DNA from: Microcystis aeruginosa Ma_SC_T_19800800_S464
GTDB lineage: Bacteria; Cyanobacteriota; Cyanobacteriia; Cyanobacteriales; Microcystaceae
DNA: 40,000 nucleotides
Assembly (NCBI GenBank): GCA_007095785.1
Contig: SFBL01000019.1
Location: 15,207 to 55,206 of the forward strand
Reading direction: 5' to 3'
Made by a program: the position numbers and the translations under genes. Under the pieces are notes generated by a model. It saw only the letters and a list, made by a program, of their open reading frames with translations, was not told where the DNA came from and did no database searches. The stretch's first letter is position 1. Every line of letters starts with the position of its first letter. Positions 1-8,045 of the stretch are shown in pieces.

Positions 1-138
1 CGGGAAAACCACCCTTTCAAAATACCAGTTAGCAATATTGGTGATGCGAACAATTTGAATATGATTGGTCGCATTGACATAACAACAAAGAATACTATTT
101 TTCTTGCCGTTGGGGAGGGGATCGAGAATCTGTGCCAT
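1..138 (-). CDS. DUF1830-like protein, N-terminal part (partial; gene continues past the left window edge)
   Basis: The reverse complement of 1-138 starts with ATG (136-138). It reads MAQILDPLPNGKKNSILCCYVNATNHIQIVRITNIANWYFERVVFP with no stop to the window edge. The CCYVNAT...QI.RI.N..NWYFERVVFP pattern matches my recollection of the cyanobacterial DUF1830 family. It is too short to appear in the ORF track. Confidence 0.55.
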   Translation of the reverse strand, partial: MAQILDPLPNGKKNSILCCYVNATNHIQIVRITNIANWYFERVVFP

Positions 139-249
139 AGCAATTGGGGTGATCTTAAAGTGGGTTTGTCATCGCTCCTTCACCGTAACATCCTTTGATC
201 CCCGATAGTTGTAAAGATGATTACATTACTCTGATAAAAATCTACTGAT

Positions 250-280
250 CGCTTTTTCTGGTGATAGAAAGCGGTTTTTA
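250..280 (+). terminator. Candidate intrinsic terminator (hairpin plus T-tract)
   Basis: The stem cgcttt (250-255) pairs with aaagcg (268-273) and is followed by gtttttatt. No convincing plus-strand gene lies upstream. It could also work bidirectionally for the hemL-side transcript. Weak call. Confidence 0.3.
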
Positions 281-375
281 TTAAAAAATCATTAAATTTA
301 ACTAATGTCTAGTTTTGGCTATTTGTCAAGGGGGGAACTACGTTTTTTTGCTGTTTTTCTTGATTTTTGGCCAGG

Positions 376-660
376 CTATTTATCGCTCAATTTTGTTGAC
401 GGTTTCAGGATTATAGAAACCGCGGTAATTTTTGTCAAGTTAGATACCGCTTGCTCATGATCTCCGAGATCTGGTTGACTAAAAAGGGGTGGCCTGTGCT
501 GGGACTGATAGGTTTGACAGTGCTGGGGATAATAATCCCTCGATTGTTCGGGGTTTCTAGGCAAATTTCCCCTGAGAATCCCCGTCTTTTGCAAGCGGGG
601 AGATGTCAACTCATCAATACTTGGGACTCTATCAATCAATTTTCCCCGCCGAAGCAGCAT
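376..660 (-). CDS. Hypothetical protein (doubtful ORF)
   Basis: A 94-aa ATG-initiated ORF begins 3 nt after the hemL stop on the same strand. The sequence is low-complexity and disorder-like with no recognisable motif. It overlaps the plus-strand ORF 451-663, so at most one of the two is real. A hairpin at 579-601 (tccccg/cgggga) inside it could instead be a hemL terminator. Confidence 0.2.
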   Translation of the reverse strand: MLLRRGKLIDRVPSIDELTSPRLQKTGILRGNLPRNPEQSRDYYPQHCQTYQSQHRPPLFSQPDLGDHEQAVSNLTKITAVSIILKPSTKLSDK

Positions 661-663
661 TGA
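451..663 (+). CDS. Hypothetical small membrane protein (doubtful ORF)
   Basis: The track ORF starts at TTG 451, with an ATG at 457. It contains one hydrophobic helix-like stretch (WPVLGLIGLTVLGIIIPRLFG). It is convergent with hemL, uses several rare ATA codons, and has no recognised family. Confidence 0.2.
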   Translation: MLMISEIWLTKKGWPVLGLIGLTVLGIIIPRLFGVSRQISPENPRLLQAGRCQLINTWDSINQFSPPKQH

Positions 664-1965
664 TTATAAACTTTCTAAAACCTCTTTAGCGGCGGCCAAA
701 GTCCGTTCGATATCAGCCTCTGTGTGAGCTAAAGAAGTAAAACCAGCTTCAAACTGGGAAGGAGCTAGATAAACGCCTCTTTCCAACATTCCCCGGTGAA
801 AACGACCGAATTTAGCCACATCGGCCTTTTTAGCATCTTCATAGTTATGCACGGGGTTGCCAGTGAAAAACATTCCGAACATGGCACTAATATAACCCCC
901 AGAAACGCTGTGACCAGCATCTCTAGCCACTTTCAGCAGCCCTTCAGTTAAGGATTTGGTCACTTTATCGAGATATTGGTAGGTGCCGGGGCGCTGGAGT
1001 AACTCGAGGGTTTTAATTCCTGCTGTCATGGCCAAAGGGTTGCCGGATAAGGTTCCCGCTTGGTACATCGGGCCGGCCGGGGCCACCATCGCCATAATAT
1101 CGGCCCGACCGCCGTAGGCCCCCACCGGCAGCCCACCGCCGATAACTTTGCCGAGGGTGGTTAAATCGGGGGTAATGCCGAATTTTTCCTGAGCGCCACC
1201 GTAGGCGATGCGGAATCCGGTCATTACCTCATCAAACATTAATAGAGCCCCGTATTCCTTGGTTAATTCCCGCAAACCTTCTAAAAAGCCAGCATCCGGC
1301 ACGATAAAGCCGGCATTACCCACCACCGGCTCTAAAATCACCCCGGCAATCGAGTCGGGATTTTCGACAAAGAGAGCTTTTACCGCTTCCAGGTCATTGT
1401 AGGGGGCGGTTAAAGTGTTGTTAGTGGTGGTTTTGGGAACCCCCGGCGAGTCGGGTAGGCCTAGGGTGGCTACACCAGAGCCGGCTTTAACCAGGAACAT
1501 ATCGGCGTGACCGTGGTAACAGCCCTCGAATTTGATGATTTTATCCCGGCCGGTAAAAGCCCGCATTAAGCGCAGGACGGACATACAGGCTTCGGTGCCG
1601 GAATTGACAAAACGCACCATTTCAATGCTGGGAACGGCATCAATCACCATTTCAGCGAGAATATTTTCCTGGACACAGGGAGCGCCGAAACTGGTCCCTT
1701 TATCTAGGGCCTGGTGGAGGGCGGCAATCACTTCGGGATGGGCATGACCACAGATAGCCGGCCCCCAAGTTCCCACATAGTCGATGTATTCGTTACCGTC
1801 CACGTCGCGAATATAGGCCCCTTTGACGCTTTCAAAAACGATGGGTTGACCACCGACGGATTTAAAGGCCCGCACGGGGGAACTTACGCCTCCCGGCATT
1901 AATTTTTGAGCGGCTGTAAAGATTTCTTTCGATTTTGTTGTTTGATACGAAGATGTGCTAACCAA
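664..1965 (-). CDS. hemL: Glutamate-1-semialdehyde 2,1-aminomutase
   Basis: A 433-aa ORF with the typical HemL N-terminus ([24 protein letters not shown]). It also has the class-III aminotransferase PLP-lysine region ([20 protein letters not shown]). The first codon is TTG (1963-1965), preceded by AAGGAG (plus-strand ctcctt, 1972-1977) with a 6-nt spacer. Confidence 0.95.
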   Translation of the reverse strand: MVSTSSYQTTKSKEIFTAAQKLMPGGVSSPVRAFKSVGGQPIVFESVKGAYIRDVDGNEYIDYVGTWGPAICGHAHPEVIAALHQALDKGTSFGAPCVQENILAEMVIDAVPSIEMVRFVNSGTEACMSVLRLMRAFTGRDKIIKFEGCYHGHADMFLVKAGSGVATLGLPDSPGVPKTTTNNTLTAPYNDLEAVKALFVENPDSIAGVILEPVVGNAGFIVPDAGFLEGLRELTKEYGALLMFDEVMTGFRIAYGGAQEKFGITPDLTTLGKVIGGGLPVGAYGGRADIMAMVAPAGPMYQAGTLSGNPLAMTAGIKTLELLQRPGTYQYLDKVTKSLTEGLLKVARDAGHSVSGGYISAMFGMFFTGNPVHNYEDAKKADVAKFGRFHRGMLERGVYLAPSQFEAGFTSLAHTEADIERTLAAAKEVLESL

Positions 1966-1997
1966 TCCTGTCTCCTTGTCTACTTGAGTCTATCGAT

Positions 1998-2027
1998 TCC
2001 GGGGAATGCCCGGAGTTTTGTTTTGTT
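1998..2027 (+). terminator. Orphan terminator-like hairpin plus T-tract in the hemL/dnaN divergent region
   Basis: The stem tccggg (1998-2003) pairs with cccgga (2009-2014) around the loop gaatg and is followed by gttttgttttgtt. It is plus-strand oriented but has no plus-strand ORF upstream. On the minus strand it sits in the hemL 5' leader, about 30 nt upstream of the SD. Confidence 0.3.
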
Positions 2028-2197
2028 AACTTCCTGCTGCTTGTTCCATTTTAAAGATCACTGGCCTAAATTTGATGCAATTTTTTCCCTAAGAAGGGTG
2101 CCGGTCGGCTAAAGTCTCGCTATTCTTAACTTGTAGCCTGATGCTTAACAACTTATGTAATTGGCTGAGAAGGGGCGAAAATTTCACTTTTGACAAT

Positions 2198-2320
2198 TTT
2201 TCCACAATCTTTTTAGAATTGCCAGAAAAACCTAGCAATGGCCGAAGTTATTGCTATTGATAGATTTTAGCCCGGAAAGAGCGATCGAAAAAAGCTCCGG
2301 TTTTCCACAGATTTTCCACA
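2198..2320 (+). promoter_or_regulatory. Cluster of three perfect DnaA boxes (TTTTCCACA) upstream of dnaN; candidate oriC element or DnaA-regulated dnaN promoter
   Basis: Exact TTTTCCACA occurs at 2198-2206, 2301-2309 and 2312-2320. All three are in the same orientation, and the last ends 50 nt before the dnaN ATG. The motif fits the general DnaA-box consensus TTWTNCACA and the cyanobacterial variant. Confidence 0.6.
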
Positions 2321-2369
2321 GGGGAATTCTTGCTATTATTTTTTAGCGTACAAAAAAACTATTCCTGCT

Positions 2370-3518
2370 ATGAAATTTACCAGTAGTCAAAGCGAACTCA
2401 ACAGCAATTTATCCCTAGTTAGTCGGGCCGTTGCCAGTCGTCCTACCCATCCGGTGTTGGGGAATGTTCTCTTTTGTGCCGATGAGGAAAAGGGCGAAAT
2501 TAGCCTGACTGCTTTTGATTTGAGTTTAGGGATTCGCACCAGTTTTCGGGCCGAGGTGGTGGAAGGGGGCAAAATTACCCTGCCAGCAAAATTGCTGAAC
2601 GATATTGTCTCTCGTTTAGGAGAGGGGGAAATTACCATCTCTGTGGAAGAAAACGAGAATGATGAGGAGCATAGTCTCGCTTTCCTGAAAACCGCCTCGG
2701 CACAGTTCCAAATTCGCGGCATGAAGGCCGATGAGTTCCCAGAATTGCCCACGGTGGCCGATGGAGAAATTGTTAATTTACCTATAGTTGCCTTGACAGA
2801 AGGGCTAAAAGGTGCGTTGTTTGCCGCTAGTGGCGATGAAACTAAACAGGTGTTGACGGGGGTACATTTAACTAAAACCGTCGATTGTCTAGAATTTGCC
2901 GCTACAGACGGTCATCGTTTAGCGGTGGTACAAACTCCCCTAGAGGAGGTGGAAAGTGCCTCTGGTGGCTTTAATGTCACTATTCCGGCCCGGGCCCTGC
3001 GAGAATTGGAAAGAATGATGGCAACAAAACAAAATATCGAGACTATTACTCTGCATGTGGATGATTCTCAAGTCATCTTTGAAATGGGGGAACAGAGGTT
3101 AACCAGTCGTAAGTTAGAAGGGGCCTATCCCACTTATAATCAGTTAATTCCTAAATCCTTCGAGCGCTCTTTGGTTTTAGACCGCAAACAGTTAATCCGT
3201 TGTTTGGAATTAGTGGCGGTTTTATCGGACCAAAAGAATAATTTAGTCAAGTTTAGTCTCGATAGCGAAAATAACCGTTTATCCCTAGCGGTGGAATCTC
3301 CCGATTTAGGTAGTGCCAAAGAGTCCATGGCGGCGGAAATTCAGGGAGAAAGTGGCGATATTGCCTTTAATGTGAAGTATTTAATGGACGGTTTGAAGGC
3401 TTTACCCAATAATGATATCCAAATGCAGTTAAATGCTAGTACCCAACCAGTTATTTTTACCCCCTTGGGAGGTTTAAAGATGACCTATTTGGTGATGCCG
3501 GTACAAATTCGTCAGTAG
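2370..3518 (+). CDS. dnaN: DNA polymerase III beta subunit (sliding clamp)
   Basis: A 382-aa ATG-initiated ORF with a typical DnaN N-terminus (SQSELNSNLSLVSRAVASRPTHPVLGNVL) and C-terminus (QPVIFTP...YLVMPVQIR). The length is typical for beta clamps. Confidence 0.95.
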   Translation: MKFTSSQSELNSNLSLVSRAVASRPTHPVLGNVLFCADEEKGEISLTAFDLSLGIRTSFRAEVVEGGKITLPAKLLNDIVSRLGEGEITISVEENENDEEHSLAFLKTASAQFQIRGMKADEFPELPTVADGEIVNLPIVALTEGLKGALFAASGDETKQVLTGVHLTKTVDCLEFAATDGHRLAVVQTPLEEVESASGGFNVTIPARALRELERMMATKQNIETITLHVDDSQVIFEMGEQRLTSRKLEGAYPTYNQLIPKSFERSLVLDRKQLIRCLELVAVLSDQKNNLVKFSLDSENNRLSLAVESPDLGSAKESMAAEIQGESGDIAFNVKYLMDGLKALPNNDIQMQLNASTQPVIFTPLGGLKMTYLVMPVQIRQ

Positions 3519-3619
3519 TTCTGACTTAATCGGAACCGTGGTATCTGTTTTTAACCTATCCCATTTTTGATTGTAAGTAGCTGGTTATAATTAAATTGAA
3601 GATAGATTTTGGGTTCGAT

Positions 3620-3638
3620 CCCCCCTTGATAAGGGGGG
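3620..3638. repeat. Perfect GC-rich palindromic hairpin (8-bp stem, 3-nt loop)
   Basis: The sequence is cccccctt gat aagggggg. It is flanked on both sides by tcgatc-type motifs (ggttcgatc ... gtgtcgatccc). It lies about 100 nt downstream of the dnaN stop and has no T-tract. Confidence 0.5.
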
Positions 3639-3768
3639 TGTCGATCCCTCCTTAATGCTAGGGCTAATTCATTCTCCGAATCTACTTCTTTTTTTTGCTA
3701 CCTTTAATCGCTTACGAGGTAAGTTAGGGAACAGGGGAGTACAGGTTTTTGCTCTCATAAGTACCTAA

Positions 3769-3844
3769 GCAAAATTAATTACACATATCTAACCACCTCT
3801 TGCCTCTTGCCTCTTGCCTATCTTCACTAGGAAATTAATTTTGC
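3769..3844. repeat. 12-bp perfect inverted repeat flanking a CCTCTTG heptamer tandem repeat (MITE-like or STRR-like element)
   Basis: The arm gcaaaattaatt (3769-3780) pairs with aattaattttgc (3833-3844). Between them, CCTCTTG repeats three times plus a partial fourth copy (3796-3819). No ORF is present. Confidence 0.5.
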
Positions 3845-4140
3845 ACGACTACTCACGACATTTTGACAAATTTTCAGCTATGTATTTCCAAGAAATCGAC
3901 TAAAAACTTTACCAGATAAGGAGTTAAGAGAATGACATAAGAGAGAATGAATCAGCCCTACATCTGGGGGGTGACTAGTGATTTCTAGCTTAACCTGCGT
4001 TCGGGATAACGCTATAGAAGGGACTGTTAGAAAACCCTGGCCAATTCTAGATTATCAACTCCTTGATTAATAGGCAATCGCTAACAAGAAGTCCCCCCTA
4101 TCTATGGATTGGGTTTTACATCAATCTGCTTAACCCGAAC

Positions 4141-5076
4141 TCAGTTTAATTTAGGCTTTTCTGCTGAAAACAAAAGATAATCATCAAACGCCATAAACCA
4201 ACCCCGATTTCTTGACCAAGCTTCAAGTCCTGGGTTATCTTTCTGGAGATCGATAACTAAATCATGCTTACTAATTCCTTGGCTAATCTGGGCAAAATAA
4301 TGAACCATTGCCGGCCAAACATATTCACTAATAGATAAAGCTTGGATATTAACAAATCCATGCTTTTTGAGTTTTTCTACATAAGTATGTCGGTCGTATT
4401 GATTAGCAAAGGGAATACACATTTTCTTACTATTAACCCGCAGCCAGAAGTTAATTTCTCGACCCACTCTAGGCAAACAATCCGCTATAGCCAACCTTCC
4501 ACCGGGCTGCAAAACTCGAAAAGCTTCCGCAAAAAAATCCTCACGAGTGTCAAAATGAAAAGCACATTCTAAAGCGGTCAACTTATCAAAAGAATTCTCA
4601 GGAAAGGGTATTTGAGTAGCCGAGCCGACTTGAAGTTTTATCCTGTCCGATAACCCTGCTTTAGCTACTCTTTCTTGAGCAATTTCTACTTGTAACTCAG
4701 TTGTATTTAGACCGATAATTGAGCCAACATTGTTTTCTCTTACCCAGAGTAAATCCTGTTCAGCAAAACCGAAACCCACATCCAAAAGGTGATCTCCGGC
4801 TTTAAGTTCGGCTACTTCGGCTAATTTACGCGCTAAAGCGGCACAAGCTCCGTTATAAGTTGTTTCTTCTTGCCAATAACCAAAATTAAGCCATTGGGGA
4901 AAATTAGGATCATGAAGATGAGGATCGCGTTTCGCTATATTAGTATACAGTTCAGAAACTTGAAACTGATCTTGCAAAAACGCCATTTCTCGAACCGGAT
5001 TAAGGATAAATTGTTTGATGGTTGCCCAGCGATTACGCCATTCATCTTTGAGGGGAATTTTGCCGATGTTTTCCAA
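4141..5076 (-). CDS. mcyJ: SAM-dependent O-methyltransferase of the microcystin pathway (Adda C9 O-methylation)
   Basis: The ORF has SAM-binding motif I (HLLDVGFGFAEQD) and a post-I acidic region, and it is the last gene of the mcyD-J operon. The track start 5076 is a TTG codon (5074-5076). It is preceded by a perfect AGGAGG (plus-strand cctcct, 5085-5090) with an 8-nt spacer. An alternative ATG at 4986 (Met31) exists. Confidence 0.9.
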   Translation of the reverse strand: MENIGKIPLKDEWRNRWATIKQFILNPVREMAFLQDQFQVSELYTNIAKRDPHLHDPNFPQWLNFGYWQEETTYNGACAALARKLAEVAELKAGDHLLDVGFGFAEQDLLWVRENNVGSIIGLNTTELQVEIAQERVAKAGLSDRIKLQVGSATQIPFPENSFDKLTALECAFHFDTREDFFAEAFRVLQPGGRLAIADCLPRVGREINFWLRVNSKKMCIPFANQYDRHTYVEKLKKHGFVNIQALSISEYVWPAMVHYFAQISQGISKHDLVIDLQKDNPGLEAWSRNRGWFMAFDDYLLFSAEKPKLN

Positions 5077-5152
5077 ATTATTATCCTCCTAAGGATTTTT
5101 CAGAAATATTGCCATTTTTAATTAACCGAATCCCTGAGATTCTCTAGATGCT

Positions 5153-6166
5153 TTAAAAAAGATTCCACACCTCTGGATTAATCATATAAGGAGGCTTCTC
5201 TCCCTGAAGCACTTGTAATATTTGATTCGCCGCCGAAACAGCAGCCGCTAGACTCGCTTCAGGGGTTACTCCAGCTAAATGAGGTGAGAGAATGACATTC
5301 TCAAAATTATATAAAGGATTATCTAAAGCCGGCGGTTCTGGTTCAAAGACATCTAGGGCGCATCCAGCTATCAATTTTTGATTAAGGGCGATCCCTAAAT
5401 CCTTTTCACAAACGACTTTTCCCCGGGAGGTATTAATTAAAAAAGCTGTTGGTTTCATCTTTTTAAAAACTGAGATATTAAACATTTCCCGTGTTTCACT
5501 TGTTAGTTCAGGATGCAAAGAAACAAAGTCCGATTCAGCCAGAAGAACATCTAAATCTTTGACCCAAGTTGCTCCTACTGTCTCCGCTTTGCTGGCTGGA
5601 ACATAGGGATCATAAGCTAATACTCTCATCCCCAGTGCTAGGTTACATTTGTGAGCCACCAGAGTACCAATTCTTCCTAAACCCACAATACCAAGAGTCT
5701 TGTTTTCGAGTTGAATCGGTTGGCTCTGATTGCGAATTAAATAGTTACCCTTTTTCACACAATGATCTAAAAAAGGGAGCTTTTTGGCAAGGGCTAAAAT
5801 CATAGATAAGGTGTGTTCTGCTACAGCTGTAGTTGACATTCCGGGATTATTAACAACGATAACACCCTGTTCTGTTGCTGCCATAATATCAATAGAATCT
5901 GTGCCAAATCCAGAGGTACTAATTACTTTTAAGTGTTTTGCTAATCGGATTGATGAAGCCTCTAACTTATTAGGATAACGCACAAATACGCCAGATACTT
6001 CTTGAATGGCATCATTAATTTTCTCCAGTGTAGGATTAGCCAAAATCTCTATATTAGTAGATTCTTCAAGAAGTTTTTCCCCCGCTTCATCATACATTTT
6101 TCCGATTAAAAGAACCCTGGGTTTTTGAATATCCATAGTCAGAGTTTTTGGTGAAGTAGTAGTCAT
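5153..6166 (-). CDS. mcyI: D-isomer-specific 2-hydroxyacid dehydrogenase (D-3-phosphoglycerate dehydrogenase homologue) of the microcystin pathway
   Basis: A 337-aa ATG-initiated ORF with an NAD-binding GxGxxG motif (GIVGLGRIGTLVA). It also has the family catalytic region (NTSRG ... DVFEPEP ... SPHLAG). Position and length match mcyI. Confidence 0.93.
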   Translation of the reverse strand: MTTTSPKTLTMDIQKPRVLLIGKMYDEAGEKLLEESTNIEILANPTLEKINDAIQEVSGVFVRYPNKLEASSIRLAKHLKVISTSGFGTDSIDIMAATEQGVIVVNNPGMSTTAVAEHTLSMILALAKKLPFLDHCVKKGNYLIRNQSQPIQLENKTLGIVGLGRIGTLVAHKCNLALGMRVLAYDPYVPASKAETVGATWVKDLDVLLAESDFVSLHPELTSETREMFNISVFKKMKPTAFLINTSRGKVVCEKDLGIALNQKLIAGCALDVFEPEPPALDNPLYNFENVILSPHLAGVTPEASLAAAVSAANQILQVLQGEKPPYMINPEVWNLF

Positions 6167-6204
6167 CGTAATTTTTCCTAAATTGAGTTTTGGCCATGAA
6201 ACAG

Positions 6205-7962
6205 TTACAGAGATTTTGAGGATCGATAATCATCTATGGAAACAAGTCGCCAACTAGAATCCTCTAAAAGTTCTAACACCCATTGATGATACTTAAATAA
6301 ACTTTCTCTATGTCCTACGCTAATAAAAGTGGTCTGTGCTTTTTGTAACTGCTGATATAAGGTTTGTTCGTTGTTCAAATCTAAAGCACTTGTGGCTTCA
6401 TCTAAGATTACATAGCGGGGATGGGTTACTAACAATCGGGCAAAAGCAAGGCGTTGTTGTTCTCCTAAAGATAATATATTTTCCCAAGGAACTTCCGCAT
6501 CAAAGCCATGAACTTTTGTGGCTATATTTTGAAGATTAACTTGTTGTAAAACGGATTCAAGTTCTCCATCGGTCATTTCACGGGTTGTTTTAGGATAAAG
6601 TAACTGTTCTCTGAGAGTTCCTAAAATAATATAAGGACGTTGAGGTAAAAAGAGAAATTGTTCTAAGGGAGGTCGTTTTAAACAACCAGTTCCTGCATTC
6701 CATAAGCCAGCAATAGCTCTTAATAGAGAACTTTTACCTCGTCCACTCGGTCCGACAATTAATAAACCCTCGCCTGGTTCGATAGATAGGGATAAATGTT
6801 GAACAATTACCTTTTCATAATCTGGTGTTTGTAAAGTAACATCCTCAAACTCGATCTGATTTTTTTCAAGGGTTTTAATGGTACTAGCATCCTTGGGTTG
6901 TTGTCCCATTTCTTCTAAGACCGAAGAAAATTCAGATAGACGCTCAACATAACTGGAAAATCTGCCCAAAGAACCAAATTCAAGGATTAACTCAGAAAAA
7001 CCATTAGCAAACATACTGCAAGCAATAATAGCCTGATTAACTTGTCCGAAATCAATTTCCCCCCGAATATAGGCTGGAGCGAAGACGACAAAGGGAAATA
7101 TTTGAATAACTGAGCGATAACTTCGACTAAAAATGTCTTGATTTCTCTCCCAATCAATCTTACTGAGAGAATTTCTGACGAGATTATTAAATCGACGTTG
7201 AATTATTTTAAACTCTTGATTTTCGCCTTGAAAAAAGGCAATGGATTCAGCATGATTCCGAACATGAGTTAAAGTGTAGGTGTAATTAGCTTTGGATTCC
7301 AGTTCTTCTTGACTAATCTTATCTAATTCTCGACTTAAAGAAACAGCAATTAGGTTGCCGATAATTGTATAAGCCACTAAAATTAAGGCAGCTAGTCGGG
7401 AAATTGAGAAAAGAATTACTAAAAAAGTCGTCATTTCTAAGACTTTTTCTAATAAAATAGCCCCAAAATTAACAGCATTTCTAGCAATGGGTTCTATTTC
7501 TTGAGCTATCCGTTGATCTGGATTATCCACATCGGATCTAAAATTAATTTTATAATAGGCGCAATCACTCAAATATTGGGTAATAACCTGCTGATTTAGC
7601 CATTCATACCAATCCAGAATAATTCTTTTTTTAACAAATTTAGAAAATGCAGTAAACAGGGTAATTAAAAGTAATCCTAAGCCATAAAGCAATAAACTTG
7701 TCAGAAACTTAGAGGCATTTTTATCTTGAATAATGACATCAACCAAATAGCGGTTAACGAAGCTATTAGCTGCATTAGAGGCAACCAGTCCAACAATTAC
7801 TAAAAGGAGGAGAAACAGCATTCCCCAGGAACTTATTACCTCTGAAAATGTCCTTCCTTTAGGATCAGTTGGATACCAGTAAGGAGCGGCAATCAATTTC
7901 AAATTATCAAAAAATTGATGAGAACTTTTAACGGTTTCTTGTGGAAAAAATGGAGTTTGCAT
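6205..7962 (-). CDS. mcyH: ABC transporter (fused permease and ATPase) of the microcystin cluster
   Basis: The ORF has an N-terminal membrane domain. It carries Walker A GPSGRGKS (about 6730-6753), the ABC signature LSLGEQQRLA and Walker B YVILDEATSALD. The ATG at 7960-7962 gives 585 aa, and an internal Met48 (7821) would give 538 aa. The long form keeps the family-typical N-terminal F..L..IA.PYW segment. Confidence 0.9.
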   Translation of the reverse strand: MQTPFFPQETVKSSHQFFDNLKLIAAPYWYPTDPKGRTFSEVISSWGMLFLLLLVIVGLVASNAANSFVNRYLVDVIIQDKNASKFLTSLLLYGLGLLLITLFTAFSKFVKKRIILDWYEWLNQQVITQYLSDCAYYKINFRSDVDNPDQRIAQEIEPIARNAVNFGAILLEKVLEMTTFLVILFSISRLAALILVAYTIIGNLIAVSLSRELDKISQEELESKANYTYTLTHVRNHAESIAFFQGENQEFKIIQRRFNNLVRNSLSKIDWERNQDIFSRSYRSVIQIFPFVVFAPAYIRGEIDFGQVNQAIIACSMFANGFSELILEFGSLGRFSSYVERLSEFSSVLEEMGQQPKDASTIKTLEKNQIEFEDVTLQTPDYEKVIVQHLSLSIEPGEGLLIVGPSGRGKSSLLRAIAGLWNAGTGCLKRPPLEQFLFLPQRPYIILGTLREQLLYPKTTREMTDGELESVLQQVNLQNIATKVHGFDAEVPWENILSLGEQQRLAFARLLVTHPRYVILDEATSALDLNNEQTLYQQLQKAQTTFISVGHRESLFKYHQWVLELLEDSSWRLVSIDDYRSSKSL

Positions 7963-8045
7963 AGTTTTGAATATAGGTTAACTTTTAGGAAATGCCTTGA
8001 ATTTTTTTTAACTTCAAGCTTTCTAACTTCAAGGCTTAGGATTAT

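Noticed and set aside
3611-3660. A tRNA-like T-arm motif (gggttcgatcccc) that could suggest a tRNA gene or an integration site.
   Set aside because: The upstream sequence is AT-rich and cannot form D or anticodon arms, and the T-stem itself pairs only 3 bp. It is at best a fragment and is retained only as a speculative note in the spacer finding.
7963-8045. A direct repeat taacttcaag (two copies) and a cttgaa/ttcaag inverted pair in the mcyG-mcyH gap.
   Set aside because: It is short and AT-rich, with a long loop and no T-tract on the coding strand. That is not enough to call a terminator or regulatory site.
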